From positions 60,636,001 to 60,700,000 of the forward strand of contig OZ260661.1 of the NCBI GenBank assembly GCA_965285935.1: a stretch of DNA of 64,000 nt, read 5' to 3'. The notes beneath the pieces were generated by a model that had not been told where the DNA came from, made no database searches, and worked only from the letters and a program-made list of their open reading frames with translations. The translations under genes and the position numbers were made by a program. Source of the DNA: Ophelia neglecta (lineage: Eukaryota). The first letter of the stretch is position 1. The number at the start of each line of letters is the position of its first letter. Positions 40,001-54,492 of the stretch are shown here, piece after piece.

Positions 40001-43000
40001 CCATTTCACTCGACTGTCAATAAATATTTATAAGACAACATTTCAACCGCCTCTTGAACTTAGGCGTTCAAATTTGCAAGAAACGAACTCAAGTATTCAA
40101 GGGTGTCTCCCTGTTCAAAACCGTGTTCATTTGGCAGACAATAGGACATAGTTGAGACAGATAACTTCTTTCAGCGAGTGTTTTTCTCAGTTATTTTGTA
40201 GGGCAGACGGATGATCTCTTCATTTTCAGACGAGGGCAAGTTGTTTTAAATAAACCAAATGGCTTTTTTTTAATGTCTGTTTTTCCTCTCCAGCCTCAGA
40301 TGGATAATGGTTATTATATTTAAATAAATTCATCGCATTAGACATGGTGTTGCTTTAATGAAAATATCCAATAATTGGAACAGACTCAATTCCATGCACA
40401 GTGTCTGGCACAAATTGAAGCGGGTTCATTTCGAATACAATGTTTTCCCCAGGGCCTTGCACCATTGTCCATAGATATGCAGGAACAGTTGCAGACTAAC
40501 AGTTGGTCTGCGTGTAATGAATTTAATCCCATGAATACCCAGCGTGCTTTTATGACCAAACAAAACCTCATTAGAGGTCATGCGAACAAACGCGCAAATC
40601 TCATTTTCGAGTATGTAATTTCACAGGCAGGTAGCTAAGTGAAAGAAATGGTTATTTCTCGCTGGATTATAAAGTGTACATATGCCGGGGGGAAGGGGTG
40701 GGTGCGTTTGATTTATTGTCGATTTCAGTCGATGCCCATTGTGTGCCCCAAGGATTCTTTGGTGTCAAGAAGTTCCTGGTCGGGCTCCACTGCTGGTCGC
40801 TTATTAGATGTACTTCTGATGCGTCTGTCGATTATTAGCGTTTTGCGGAGAATAGAGAAGGGTCATGACTTTCCCCTGAGGGGAGTCCGGCTAAATTGCA
40901 CATTGCTACAGTAATAGGATCGCTGAGCAAGGGATCTTTGTTTGAATGTGACTGATTGACCAGGGCGCATGTGGTCACCGTATTGGGTTGTGCTAAAGGT
41001 CAGCTAGTTAAAACCGAATGACGGCGGAAAATTAACGAAATCTGCTTAGGTTAATGGCGATTTTCCACCTTGAAAGTGACCATCTCTGTAGATCACAGTG
41101 GTCAATATTCCGAGTCCAATTGATTTGATGCCATTGCGGGCGTGACTCAGGGGTTAGGGGTAAAACCGATCTCCTGATCCCGCCACTAGTTCTACCAATT
41201 AAATGTTTACTTTAATGTTAGTAAACCTACCTATAAAATTTCACACACAGTTCATTATGATATTGAAACTGCGCTGAGTTTTACAAATAAAAACTTCAGT
41301 TTATACGCCATATGACAATTTAAAGTCATCGTTGGTAGATGTCGTTTTAAACGGTATCGATCTCTCCACAATGTGCATTAAATTGGTTATGGGCATTTAT
41401 GTCAATTTCAAACGGGGACTGAATTGTACCGTTTACAACTATTGTGTCGATATACACAAAAATATCCATTTAATTGGACGCATGGCGTGTAAGCCTATCG
41501 AACATAGGCGTCTAATACTCACAATGAAAAATGGCTTTTTACTAGGTTTAGTTATCGATTCAAACATTATACATTGTTTTCTGATAAAACAAATTCACCA
41601 TTTACATCAAATCCATCATTTCCTTAATACTAAACATTATTGATATCCAGGTAAAGTATGCATTTAGGCAAAACGCAGCCGTGGGCCTATGTATAATCAG
41701 ATGACAAAAATTTAGCAAACACCAAACATACTTTATAAAGGGCAACTCGAGATGACCATAAAATAGTACGACAACAAAAGGAAAATACACAATTCTTTAT
41801 ACTTCTGACATAAAATTCCATTAATTACGACTATATTTGACAAGATATTTGGTTCAGGTGTGTCAGAGTCTCGACATCTGCCATGTTTTAGCCACCAAAT
41901 TGTAATTATGCCCATCTGCATGGCAAGCTGGCGATGGAAGGAGTTGGTAAATAAAACTTATACTATAATGAGATCCATTACCGTTTAGGACACTACTCCT
42001 TTGAACATTTTAACTTGGATTCCGTTGAAGTTGCTAACCTTTGACCCAGCTCGCTATAAACTGTCACCGCATTCCTGATTAAGGAGATAGCATAAACGAA
42101 TAATCACGCTAGGGCTATCTTATCATGATATTAGGGAGACAAATGAATCATTTGTTGATAGTTCCGGTCATGTTTCTTAACTGGAGATAAATAAAAATAA
42201 CAGATATAGATATATACATATATATCTTGAAGTATTAGTAATTGTAGCCGAATATTGCTGCGGAGTTAACTTATGATTTATTTTCCCAGCTTGAAAGAGG
42301 GAGCCTGGGTCCTGACCTTCATAACACTCGTGTTGGTCACCTCTAGGTCAAAATACCGCATCACTTCGTCTGACGCCAAACAAAGGCCCTCTCACGAGGT
42401 TTCTGTTAATACAGACGACCAAAATATTCAGTTGCCCCATGTGTATGTCAATAAGTTGACCTAAGCCCGATGTTTTTCGGTGGAGGGCACAGCCATTTCT
42501 TGACAGACGGCTAGAAAAAATCGCGCGGGAATTTCTAAAACGGGATGCCCAGTCTTGATTACATACTGATACATTCTTGCCAGATGGCAGAAGAACGACG
42601 ACTGACAACAGACCTAATAATTAGGTACCGAAGGCCAACGGCAAGTGGCATATTCAAAGTATGCCATGTGTGCACTATCAAAATACACTCAACAACAAAG
42701 CTCCGCATAATATAAGGAACAAAAACAACTACCCATTAACGGATACTTTGAAATCTTAAAATATCGTTTTATTTTGTTGTTTTCGTTGAACGCAGAAGTA
42801 TTGATTTGCCATGTTCTGTCTTAAAGTTTAATAATACTATGATAGCCCCTGTTGCTAGTTTCCCTAACTTAAACTGGACTGTATCTATAGATGCTCTAGA
42901 TGTTAATGGCATAGCAGGGACCCTACTCTCGTGATCTCCGTGTAGATTTCAAATAATATCATGTCATATTTCGAGTTGACAGTACCAGGTCATACGAGCG

Positions 43001-46000
43001 ATTATTACTATCAACCATCGTTGGCAGTGACAAATGATCTCGGACTTGGAGCCGGCCAACTCAGAGCCTAGAATTATGGCGATGAAAACCCACAGAGTGC
43101 TTTGATATCAGATTGGAAATTGTTGGTATTTGCTGTGGTTGCCAATCTAGTTGATTGAATAAATGCGAGGCGATAAATCATCATTTTCTTACTTGTAAAA
43201 TGTCGCGGATAGGAAAGTGACAATCAGTGTATTCATTTTCAAACGCTCCATAAAAGGCCTATTGATGGAAGATGTTTCAACAGATGTAATCACAGAGGGG
43301 TTGTATCTTTTATATTTTAATGGCTGAAAGAATTTTCCTTATCTTGATGAACAACAAGACTAAGTGATTTTTTAAACTGCAAATTGGGGACAAAATAAAG
43401 GCATACAACCCTTGGCCGGCCAGGCCAGGATTGTTGGAGCCATGTATCCGAATATATAATTGTATATTAATATATAATGTATTTCATATTTTTATGTGAA
43501 ATTATTACGTCGATACAACGTATATTGACTTTCGACCTTTATGAGAGACTTATGAAGGTCACTGAGATGAGACACATGGCGTGACAATCGTGACAATATC
43601 CTAAACTTAAAACATCCACCTTGTATCATTGTACACCGCAGGGCGTCCCCTTCCTTTTTAGTGAACAACGCCTTATTCAATTATTTCTATCATGGTAAGC
43701 ACATCGACAATAGAACTGCATATACGTTGTCAATATTTGATTTCTATGATTTGTTAATAGACTTTCCCTTAAAAGAAATTACTGACTTAGGCCCGGTAAA
43801 AATATATGATATACAAAAGCGGGCGTCAGGTTTAAAAAGCACCAAGGTTAGGAAGAAAGATAAATCACCCAAACCCGCATTTTGGTTCTTTGTAGTTTTA
43901 AAACTATATCGAAATAAATTGTAATATAATTGTTTATGAAGCGCGGTTGGACTGATGATTGACACTCTCTGTAAGAACCTAAATTTGATTTTGTTCTAAT
44001 GTCTCCTGTCGCTTTTTGTTCTGGATATGAGGTATGTCTGTAGATGCAGGTTTTTAGCTTTGAAAAAACCTATGTTTGTTTTGTTTGTAAAGAATATTTC
44101 AGGAATTTTATTGGTTCTTTTTATGAAAAATGCAATTAAATATCAACTTGAGGAAAAAATGTGGTAAAATTAATTCGCCACAATTCAAGCAAAAGAATAC
44201 CACTCCACTCACACTGGTAAGTCCACAATGATACCTCCTCGACTTACCAGAAAGAGGTTGGGGTGAGAACCCCTTTTTTCTTGCCGCCGGGCCAGATGGT
44301 GTTTGGATGGTGGGTAATGGCGGTTCCTTGGCCCCCAGACCCCACTGGAAGGGTACACCCACACCACACCCACCAGTAGAAAAATGGTACAGGACAGTTA
44401 TACCAAAATCGCGGAAACGCCCCAGGGATATAGACACATATTCAGGTACAGAATGTGTTACAATTAATTTATTATTCATGACACACTAATTCCAAACCTT
44501 TCAAAGTGTGTGTGTTATTACCACGATTTAATTTTCGTCAATTATTGAATTAGTAATCGCGTTACACCGGCATTTTCGTCAAAACTAATTAAGATAAGCG
44601 CTAATGACCATTGTCCATACGCTGTCCAGTAGGGCATTAATTGAAAATAAACGAAATTCCTCCCTTAAGCTTTATCCGAATCTCTATGCCTGGCTAAAGC
44701 TATCTATCAGCATTAGCAGCACTTGAGAACTGTGCAGAAACAAAGCAGTGACAAGTGTTGGTAATGTCCAACACAGGTTTACAAGAACACTTTATCAATG
44801 AGACACGCTCTCGGCCCACTTTACCAACATCATGTGGCCAGGATCACGTGGTAAGCCACCCACTCCCCTCCTTACATCACCTGGTCTTATGTAAAACTCG
44901 AGTTGTAGTAAAACGTGTCAGTTAATGGTGTTTTAAGAGATATATGTGTTTGGGGGCTCATTTCGTCTGACCCGTGTGATTGTTATGGTCGTTTGGAGTA
45001 CGGCACTGCCGGGGTCCTATTTATCTACTGAAAGCTGATGTATTTCTGCGCTGCGCGGCCATATTGGTCCATTCTTTTGGCGCGCAATTCTGAATTCGAT
45101 CGTCTGCTTTGGCTGCTATTCGTGATTAAATTCATGCTTCTGCGGCATCCACAGAGGGTGTAGCCTAATCGATAAAGATGGATTCTGCTTAGACTGTGGG
45201 TTAAGAACGAGCAGACTATCAGCTTTAACAACTGATACCATCAGTGTCGTCAATTTCGTTGGGCAGCGATCGCAATGACAGGTTATTTTCTCCGACGTTT
45301 GGCCGGGCTATCTCGGTTGAATTTTACCCCAAGGGAGGTGTAGGAAAAGGGCCGGAGAGCTGATCTCTTGGCCCTGATTAGAAGGCTTTCTGCTAGGGGT
45401 TAATGTATGAGAGACGGGTCAGGAGATATTCCCTTTATTGCACGCTAACTCCTTTAATATTGTTTGCAGTTTTACTAGCAATACATCATCCGTCTCTCGG
45501 CTGTACACAATGAGAATTGTATTGCCTCTTCTGACATGCAAGCAGTTATGGCGAAATTAGCCCCTCTCATTCTGTCGAAGTAAATATTGTGTGTCCGCCA
45601 GAAGGGGTTCGTTCCATCATCGAGGATAATTTTCAAGGGGCAGTTCATGACACGCAAACACGTATAAAAATAGGCTGTTGAATGCAGCGAAAACTAATTA
45701 TTTCATGTCAAGCAGAACCAGTCGATCCAATACGAATATTATGCTAATTGTGGTATGTTTTTGAGACTTCAAACGCAGGGCTAAGTTTGCATTTAGGGGT
45801 AATTGTTCGAGGTCAACTGGAGGGCAAGTGTTGGGAAAGTTTGGGGTGCTGAATAAACAACTTATTTTATTAAATCTCTGAAGCTAAATGGTCATTAAGG
45901 GAGTTGGGGTGGGGAGAACGCCTGTGTCCAGACACACCCGTGAAAAATGAAATATTTGTTAATTTTCGTTATCAATCCAAGGACAGAGACAGATGCCCGG

Positions 46001-49000
46001 GCAGACGACTTCACGCTTATATTCACACTTTGATGACACCGAGGTCAAAGCGCCAAACGGCGCGGGAAATGATTAATGTGATATTTTAAGACATCAGAAA
46101 CCCAAAAGTTAGTTTTCTGGCTGAGTTAACCCAAACAAACGTGGGAGATCAGCGGTAATAACCTAACTGCCATGGTTTAATAACAGACCTTTGGCCCGGC
46201 TCCAGCCTCGATGATTAAGCTTTTCACTCCCCAACTTCGACACAAGAAATTTTATCTTTGGCCCACCAATGTCCGGCTTAGAGCGATGACTGACCGCTAG
46301 CAAATGCACCAATTTAGTCAGGCCATTCCCGAGAGAAATAGCAACGAATCCCCTGAATTAGATATAAATATTTAATAGTAGTCCGATGTTTTGGTTTGTT
46401 TGTATGTAAATTTGTGGACATGTCATTAATCAACGGTAGACAAACGAACTTAAACGTGAAATCCCGCGTGCTGCACTCATGAATTGGCAGGCAGGCCAGC
46501 TTAATTCTCATTGCAAATCGTCCCCCGAAATCATTGGAATTATTTGACCGTGAAACCCCTCAAGATTGCCCAAATGTTCGACAACAATGTGACCAACTGT
46601 TCACACAATACCAAAACCAATGTTCGTTGTATCTTAGTTAGCCTAACCCTCCCGCCCGACCCAATAAGACACCAGACAAACATTCTTTATTGATCAGAAA
46701 CTAGATCCAAGCACATAAGTCATACACCAGCCTTATCTTGACTAAGACTAAAAAATTCTCCTATAACTAACCATCCCTGCTATCGGATTAAAAATTGACA
46801 CCTTGAATTCATATGATATGGTTCATTTTTGATCTCTACTCACTATCTTAATGCAAAAAAATCAGATCCGGAGCAGCTGCAATAGATTTCAGAAGTGGAT
46901 GGAAATGCATTATCTTGAAAGGGTTCTACCACAGGTATAATGGAACTTTTAAGTAACCTGGATTTAGATACCAATCCTATGAACAGTGCGAGTAGACAGG
47001 TCAATCGCACTTCTGGTGAAACTGCACACAAGTTAGAGTGGTAATTACTGATAATTAATTTATTTATGACTATGGATTGGTGAAAAGCAAGACATAAGTC
47101 TCCAAGATATATTAAGATCAGGTTGGGCTGGAACAGATATAAAAACAGGCTGATACGCACTTGAGAAACTTCGGTTTTTGTTAGCCCTAAAGGCCATAAA
47201 TTGCACACGACCCACTTGGAGACCTATGACAATGAAATGAAAAAGAGGCAATATTTGTTGACAAGACCGAACGATTCTCGCCTTTTATTGGAGTAGGCCT
47301 AGGTTTGAAATTCAACGAAATCCGCGCAAATACCACTTGGACGAAGTTACTAATGGACGAAGCTTGTAGGCAAGTACATTATTTAGATAAGTGCAAGCAC
47401 AGTGAACCCTGTCATGAATACACCAGGAGGAATATATGAGATTAAACGAATGCCACCAGTTTCAATAACTTGAGTTTCTAGGCATTAGCACATCCCCAGG
47501 GCCCAAAGCGTTATTTCCCACAAACAGCACAGCACAACTGGTCAAATCCGACCCACTCGAGTGGTATTACTCACATCCTAGTAGAGTGCCATTGATTACC
47601 TCCTAAATATAGGTCATTGGATTGGGGAGATTGTTAGTTTCAGGCAGACGGCCAACTGCTGCCGACATTCAACCAGCCCGCCACTTTTAGCTCGAAAACG
47701 AGTAGTTAATAATATGGCCACCAGAGGGAAGTGCTGGAAGGCTGTGTTGCCGGGAGAGTTGAACTTTCTCACTGAAAGTTGGCATCACTTCAACATTCTT
47801 AGCGAAGTTGCCTTGCACATGTTTGGTAGTTGCTGGTGAATTTTCTCTCACGGCGACTGGGGCATCCTGCACACAAAATGTCTGGGCAAGAGTGGAACAA
47901 ATTTAAGACATCATACAATCAATGTCCTTATTGTTTGATCCACCGCGTTCGTTTTTCAAAATAAATTTAGCCATTGGTAGCATTTACTGGAGTCCACGAG
48001 CACATTTTGGCAGAACAGCATTTTTATTGATTTAAGTAAATGCTTCCTGATAATTGAGATAAAGGGGTGGATTCCATGCAGACCTTTATAACATAATACC
48101 TTAACTATGTTCAATTACCTGCAATCAAGAATACCAAATACCCCATGACACTTCTATTTCAGCTTAGAGAAGTTTCTAACCAGATTTATAGTCATACAAT
48201 TAGATCAATAAGATACCCTGTACCATAAGGTATCTGGGCGGGGGTGGGGGGATAACCTTGAAAGAAATTGTGTGTAGAACATACTTAGAGAGAAAAAATC
48301 TTTGCTTTCAAACCTGTGTAGAAGATGACAATGCTTGTTAAGCCCACCCACTTAAGCAAGAAATAGGTCTGAAGAGAAATGTTTGTCGCAACCTAGCTAG
48401 GCCAATTTCGATATTTTGGCGCGAATACGAGAAAAACATTTGGCGGAAAGGAATTTTCTCATATTGACATATGAACTGAATAAAATCGTTATCCCTCACT
48501 AATCCAAGGCATTGCAATAAACTTAAGCCTATTTATGAGTAAATGCATTTCAAGTTATGGAGATGCAAGTAAAGAACCCGTCCAAACTGATCGGCGCGAT
48601 GCATAAAAACTAAACCGGCGACACACAATACCTTAAATCGTGTTTTAACAGGTCTTCATGCATAATTTACTTCTGTTCTTTCTGTTTAGTTTGGAACTGA
48701 TTTATGTTAATAGACAAGAAAATTTGCTAGACAGGAAATAGAGCTACTGCTTTTTATTTACATATAGTTCAGGTAGATACAATCAAACAAATCATAATAT
48801 TCATGCAAATGCCTTAGGCCCATTTTAGTAGAAAACATGTATTATGTTAGGTCTGATAGCAAACTTAGAGACCCTTTTCAATCATTATGATCATTATGCA
48901 ATAAATCCATTTTATAATATAAACCAGTATAAACTTGGTTTAGCAACATCAAGTGACAGTCTTTCCTTTTCCAGTTCATTATAATATTCAATATGCTACG

Positions 49001-49134
49001 TTTATGTACAAGAACAACACATAGACTCTAGATTAAACTTCAGATATATTTACAGGGCCAGGCGTCCCATCCTCTGGTCGTATCTGATCTGACTGAGACC
49101 AGCCCAATGTGAGGCGAATGGAGACTGCAGAGTT

Positions 49135-49152
49135 CACCACCAGAGGGCGGTA
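49135..49152 (+). promoter_or_regulatory. CTCF-like binding motif
   Basis: CACCACCAGAGGGCGGTA matches the CCASYAGRKGGC core and is preceded by TGCAG, which resembles the CTCF upstream motif. It lies ~850 bp from miR-10. Confidence 0.5.
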
Positions 49153-49999
49153 CAGGCCTATCAATGACCCCAAAGCATAATCTAACTCACGCATGGTTTC
49201 AACACTCATGATTAAAAGATCTAGTTACAAGCCAGTCACTAAAATGCCAAATTCTTATTCAAATATACGCATGGATCTAATAAACATTAAAGATTTATTG
49301 TATACAATTTGTATATTAAATATCAGTTAGCAATATCATCAATTTCGTTGTCAAGCTTAATACATTTGCTTAATACTTACGTTGCATGCTATAAACAGTA
49401 CCCAAAATAAATGCAATTCAAAGCACCCATTTATTTTGAAGAAAAAAAACAGACCTTTCATGCAAATGTCAAAAATTAAACTGTACAGTTCTGTATTTGC
49501 ATTCTTGAATAAATAAAGTAAATCTACTCTGTACTCACTTCTCTAAAATCACTTTATAAATCAGAACTGTGCTCTTGACAAGTTAACGAATAAACAGACT
49601 ATGTACGGGAATTCAATATAGGCAACCAGCCTTTATTATACCACTTTGATATATACATCTTCAACTCTCCTTAGACCCATTTTAGTCCAATGGTCCTCAT
49701 GCACTGCTACATCACATTTGCTTTAAAGAAATATACCTGTTAACTTAATATTCTGTTTACTTTTCCGTCAAACTTTTTCCCAAATTAACTAGATAGATTA
49801 TACCAAACTATAAAATAAAATTGACAGTATAAATATATGTAAGAAACTCAAAAGCAATTGAACATCTGCTATCCATAGACTGGAAAGAATCAGAAACTTA
49901 CCATAGGATAAAATAAGTAGCCACGTATTGAACATAAAATCCCGGTTATTTATTGGTAGACTTTTTTCTCGAAACTTGCTGCAAAGCTAGCCACTACGT

Positions 50000-50057
50000 C
50001 ACACTCCGCAGATACGAATTTGTCGTTGTGAGCACACAAATTCGGATCTACAGGGTA
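50000..50057 (-). ncRNA. mir-10: miR-10 precursor hairpin (5p mature 50057-50035; 3p arm ~50022-50000)
   Basis: The minus strand reads TACCCTGTAGATCCGAATTTGTG (canonical miR-10-5p), a loop, then CAAATTCGTATCTGCGGAGTGTG, which pairs with the 5p arm. The lower stem CCATTAC/GTAGTGG extends the hairpin. It sits on the same strand as, and 5' of, Hox4, its conserved position. Confidence 0.97.
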
Positions 50058-53000
50058 AAGGTAATGGTGCATAAGTACATCCGGTAAAGATCCTGCTTGT
50101 TGAAGTCAAGTACATGTCGCTGTACGATCCCCAACGAAAAAGTCAACAGCTTATCATATATAATTAAAGCCCACTAGTATAAACGACAGTGGAAGAGGAT
50201 AAAAAACATTTGGCGTATGATCTCGAGAGCAGGACGAGTAATAAACTCGTATATATGGTGAAATAGAAAAAGTTACATTATGATGGCAAATACAATATCA
50301 AGAATGTTAAAGGGTTAATCTAAAACAAAATTGTGTTAACCTGCTTATACATGGTAGTTAGGCATCAATTAATAATGGTTTTACGTCACATAAATGGGTT
50401 GAGTTGTTGCATACACATGTTAGGATACCTAATGTTCGTATTTATGGCGCCTAAGATAAGGTTATTTTTAGCTTCAGACATAAATTCTTCCTATATCACA
50501 GTGCTTTATCTATCATGGTAGCGCGAGTTGGCAAGCTGTACATTTTAAACTTGCTGGAAGACCCGGGCACGCATAATCTTGCGCCAAATATCAACTTTAA
50601 AAGAGATATAAATCATATCAAGCAGAAGTCGGACAGTGAAAAAATATCATGATATCTTGGTAAGGTAGACAGCACTATTTTTATTGCTCCGAGTAACCAT
50701 TATACCATTCCTTACCATATCCATAACATAATGAGGCAGTCTCGCACGGTGACTACTAAATGTGGTACCATGATGAGTCAGCACCGAAAGAAAACTACTA
50801 AAAAACGGTTTAATGTGGCTTCCATCAAATTCAATGTACATTAAATGCGTCTAATTAAAGTAGGCACACAGAAGTCGAAAGCCATGCAACATGTATACTG
50901 TATGTTTTTTAGCGCGTTACCATACCAGATCAAGCACTGTATAATATATATACATATAGTGGAAAACTTTATTCGGGTTTCATTGTGTTAAAACATAAGA
51001 AGGCATTTTAGTGTGGCCTGCCACGGTCCCAGTATAGTTTTGTGTGGCTGAAACTTTTAAACTATGTTAGCAAAGCGTACACAAAACCATTCCATTAATA
51101 ACTCGACCATTTTCTCCCTGTCGGGCAGGACTTCAATGCTTAACATCCAGAGATGTTAAGAAGAGACAGTAAGGAATGAGATGTTGTTGTTTCATGACAA
51201 GGTGATAAACATTGCAGCCTAACTCCTTATGAACAGTTACACCAATTTTACTTCTCCGCAGAGCAAAATATGTTTGATAAATTTCTGTCCCGTATCAGCT
51301 AAAAACCAAGACTGATAGCCTACATCTAATATAAATAGTGTGGTCTAATACTGAACTGCCGGGTATAGGCCTATGCCACTACCCTACAGTGTTTAACATA
51401 CTCAAGTACCTGTACTGGCTAGATAATGCTTGACATATCAATTGTGTTATCCTACATAACAATTAAAGATTAAAGTGACAAAAATGCTGTTGCTCTATCG
51501 TAACAAAAACCGCTATCATCACCAGTACATATATTTAATCCTCTTCAAGTGATACATTGGAAAATAAATTTGCAACCAAATTTATTCGCCTGAGAAGAAT
51601 TCCAATCTTTTTCAGGTACTCCGCTTAAAACATGCCAGTACAACATGCTTTTAAACAACAGGGGTCAAAGTGCGCTGTCCTTGAGATTACTAGGTGAAAA
51701 TTAACTCTTCACAGATATAGGCCTATATTGTGTATACGAAAACAGTGTGCCTTCTCAAGCTTTATCAGCAACAGTAGAACACTTCTTAAGAAGTCATTGG
51801 AAAGTCGCACACTGATATATGCTGGCATTGATATTGTAATCTTTCTGTCGGTCATGTTTTAAATAGTTATCCAAGAACAATTGTATTAATATAACCTCTA
51901 AATGTAACAATTCAGGGTCTGACATTACGTTTAAAAAGTAACTGCCTAAACCTAATATCTGAGGCTTGCAACAGTGTGACCCATGGAAATGAAGCTAAAA
52001 TTCACTCGCCCGACTTCTATTTTTACTCTCCCCGGTCAGTCGGCCAGTCACATATATCAAGCCCTGAAAATGATACTCGGCAGAGAAGTTCAATTGATGC
52101 TAGGAATCACGTCATATGCATGAAAGTACATCACTGCCGAACCCAGGCTACCGAATACCAAGAGTGCTAAGAAATATTTAAGACGATAGACTCAGAAAAA
52201 GTTAATAAAACTTGTCTTGCAATATTATAAAACATGCAAGCTCCAATTTTTGCCTTAGTCTACAGTCAATTTAATCTTGAGTTTTGACTGCCTGCGCATG
52301 TAATAATATTTGCCAGATTATTACAAGTGCTATTTGTTGTTTTTTCTGAACTGAAATGCGACGAAAGTTAAGTTATTAAGGCTTGTTTGAAGAACTTCAA
52401 AGGGTGGTATCATAAACACCTGATATGCTAGACTGGCCTTGAGCCTACGCTACAGCAAGGCCACTGCGCCCATGGGTAGGAACTCGTATGAAGGGTCTTT
52501 GTTTCTGTTCTATACCTGTTCGAAACGGTTGTCAACTCTAGATGATTAATTACCATTTCATAGAGAATTCTCTTGTGTGTACAGATATGTATGTTAGATT
52601 TCTCTGCTGATCGCGCTTTTGAAAACAGACGTTGAAGCAAAGACTGCAGATTGTACAAAAGTGTATCAGACCACATCTTACATTCCATTCTAAACTGAAG
52701 AAATTAAAAACTCACTTCCTATTTGTTTAAGACTGACTGCATACACAATGGCTCAGCGTATTTCAAAAACTGCTGAAACTTTAACATAAATTAGTATATC
52801 ACACAAAAGTAAATGCTGACAGGAATAAATATAACTTGGCGCAGAATAACCATTATATTTGAATATGCCTGAGCAAATATATAGTGATGAGATGTGCACA
52901 GTTTGCTGGGCTAAAAAGGGGAAATATGCAACTTGCACCCATGAAATATTCTTGGGTCTATGGTTAGTTTTCAACACAGCGGGGAGGCAGAAATAGCACG

Positions 53001-54450
53001 TCAAGTGTCTTTAGCCACCCAGCAGACACTATAACTCTCAGCCGCCAAATCTGATTACTTAATCAAGGCTGAGGACGGACAACTACCAGGTGTGTGTAGA
53101 CAGGTGAGATTCAGCTCAACAACAACTAAAAAGACTGGCTTGCAAAAAGATGGTAGGTTGGACGTTGCACTGATAAGTAAAAGCATTTTAGACTATATAG
53201 GATATAAATAGTGCATTCTATATTAGTATGTTAACATGTGATAATATTATCAAATTGGGGGACCTTTGAGATGACGTTATGAAACTGAAGACATTTCCTA
53301 CGCAGGAAGATCTTTATCCAGCCAAATTCTGGAATAAAATGGCGCCCGACCGGCTTAGGCGCGCCTAATAACTCTACACCAAAATGCGGTATTATCGCTC
53401 AGGCAAAACAGCAAGCCCAAGGCTCGCGACTCAGCTCATTGTCTGTACAATTTGTTGGGGCATTCACAATGCAAGCACGAGTTTGATTGTCGCCATCGAA
53501 CAGTTTGTGTTAGTCGGAACTAGAAGCGAATTTCCTAAAGAATTTAATCCCATTGCCTCTTTGCAGTCCATGTTCCGGAAGGAGACCATGTTTCCGCTTC
53601 GAGAACGATGCTCCCATTTGATTTGTCTCCAACGTATTCCCACCGGACGCACTTCATATTGTCTAAAAGGCAATGGCTTTTGTCAGGTCAACTCCCATGT
53701 ATCATATCACTGAAGATTCTAGTAAATGTTGGCCGTAAATATTGTTGTATGCCGAACGAATCGTTCCCACAAGATGCTCCGTGGCGAAGAATGCTGCAGT
53801 TAGGCCTATTGGCAAAGTCTGATGACGTCATATTCCGCCACCGAAAAAATAAGTGATGTATGCTTTTTTTGCGTAAAACATCCGTATTCCGTTCATCGAT
53901 CCATGCATATGAACACGGTGTATCCACAAAAGCATCTGGCAGGCCAGGATTGCGTGTACAGACAAATCTTTCCTAGGGAACTGCCAGGTCATGGGTGTCG
54001 ACTGGATGCACATGATATATGCATAACTTTATACCTTCCTAGCAAATCGAATATAGACACGATTTCTAACTCATCCTCAGTCCACTTTTTCAACGGTGTA
54101 GACCCCGGGCAGTAGACTGATTGTATTATGGTATTAAGCCACTATCCTATACAGTCTGGCTGGTCGAGGTTAGCCAAGGACGCGACAATAGCCATTTGAT
54201 AACTCCCTATCTGTGGAAATGACTTCTACAAACTGAACACCACTCCAGACAGAGTCGTCGAAATCTAGCTAAGGGAACAAACAGCCACCGTTCGGGGTCA
54301 CCCCTGACTATCATCCATAGCAGGTCATGATATTTATCACCGACAAATGGTTGAAAGTAATTGCTCTCGGTGTTTGCCGACTTTTCAGGCAGTAGTAAAA
54401 ACTGTACAGTTCTCTCTTGTGTTTCCAGAAAATGACTCGTGAACTACCAT

Positions 54451-54492
54451 CTCTCTACTCTTTCTCTCTCTGTCTCTCTCACCCTCTCTCTC
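54451..54492. repeat. Imperfect (CT)n microsatellite
   Basis: ctctctactctttctctctctgtctctctcaccctctctctc. Confidence 0.8.
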
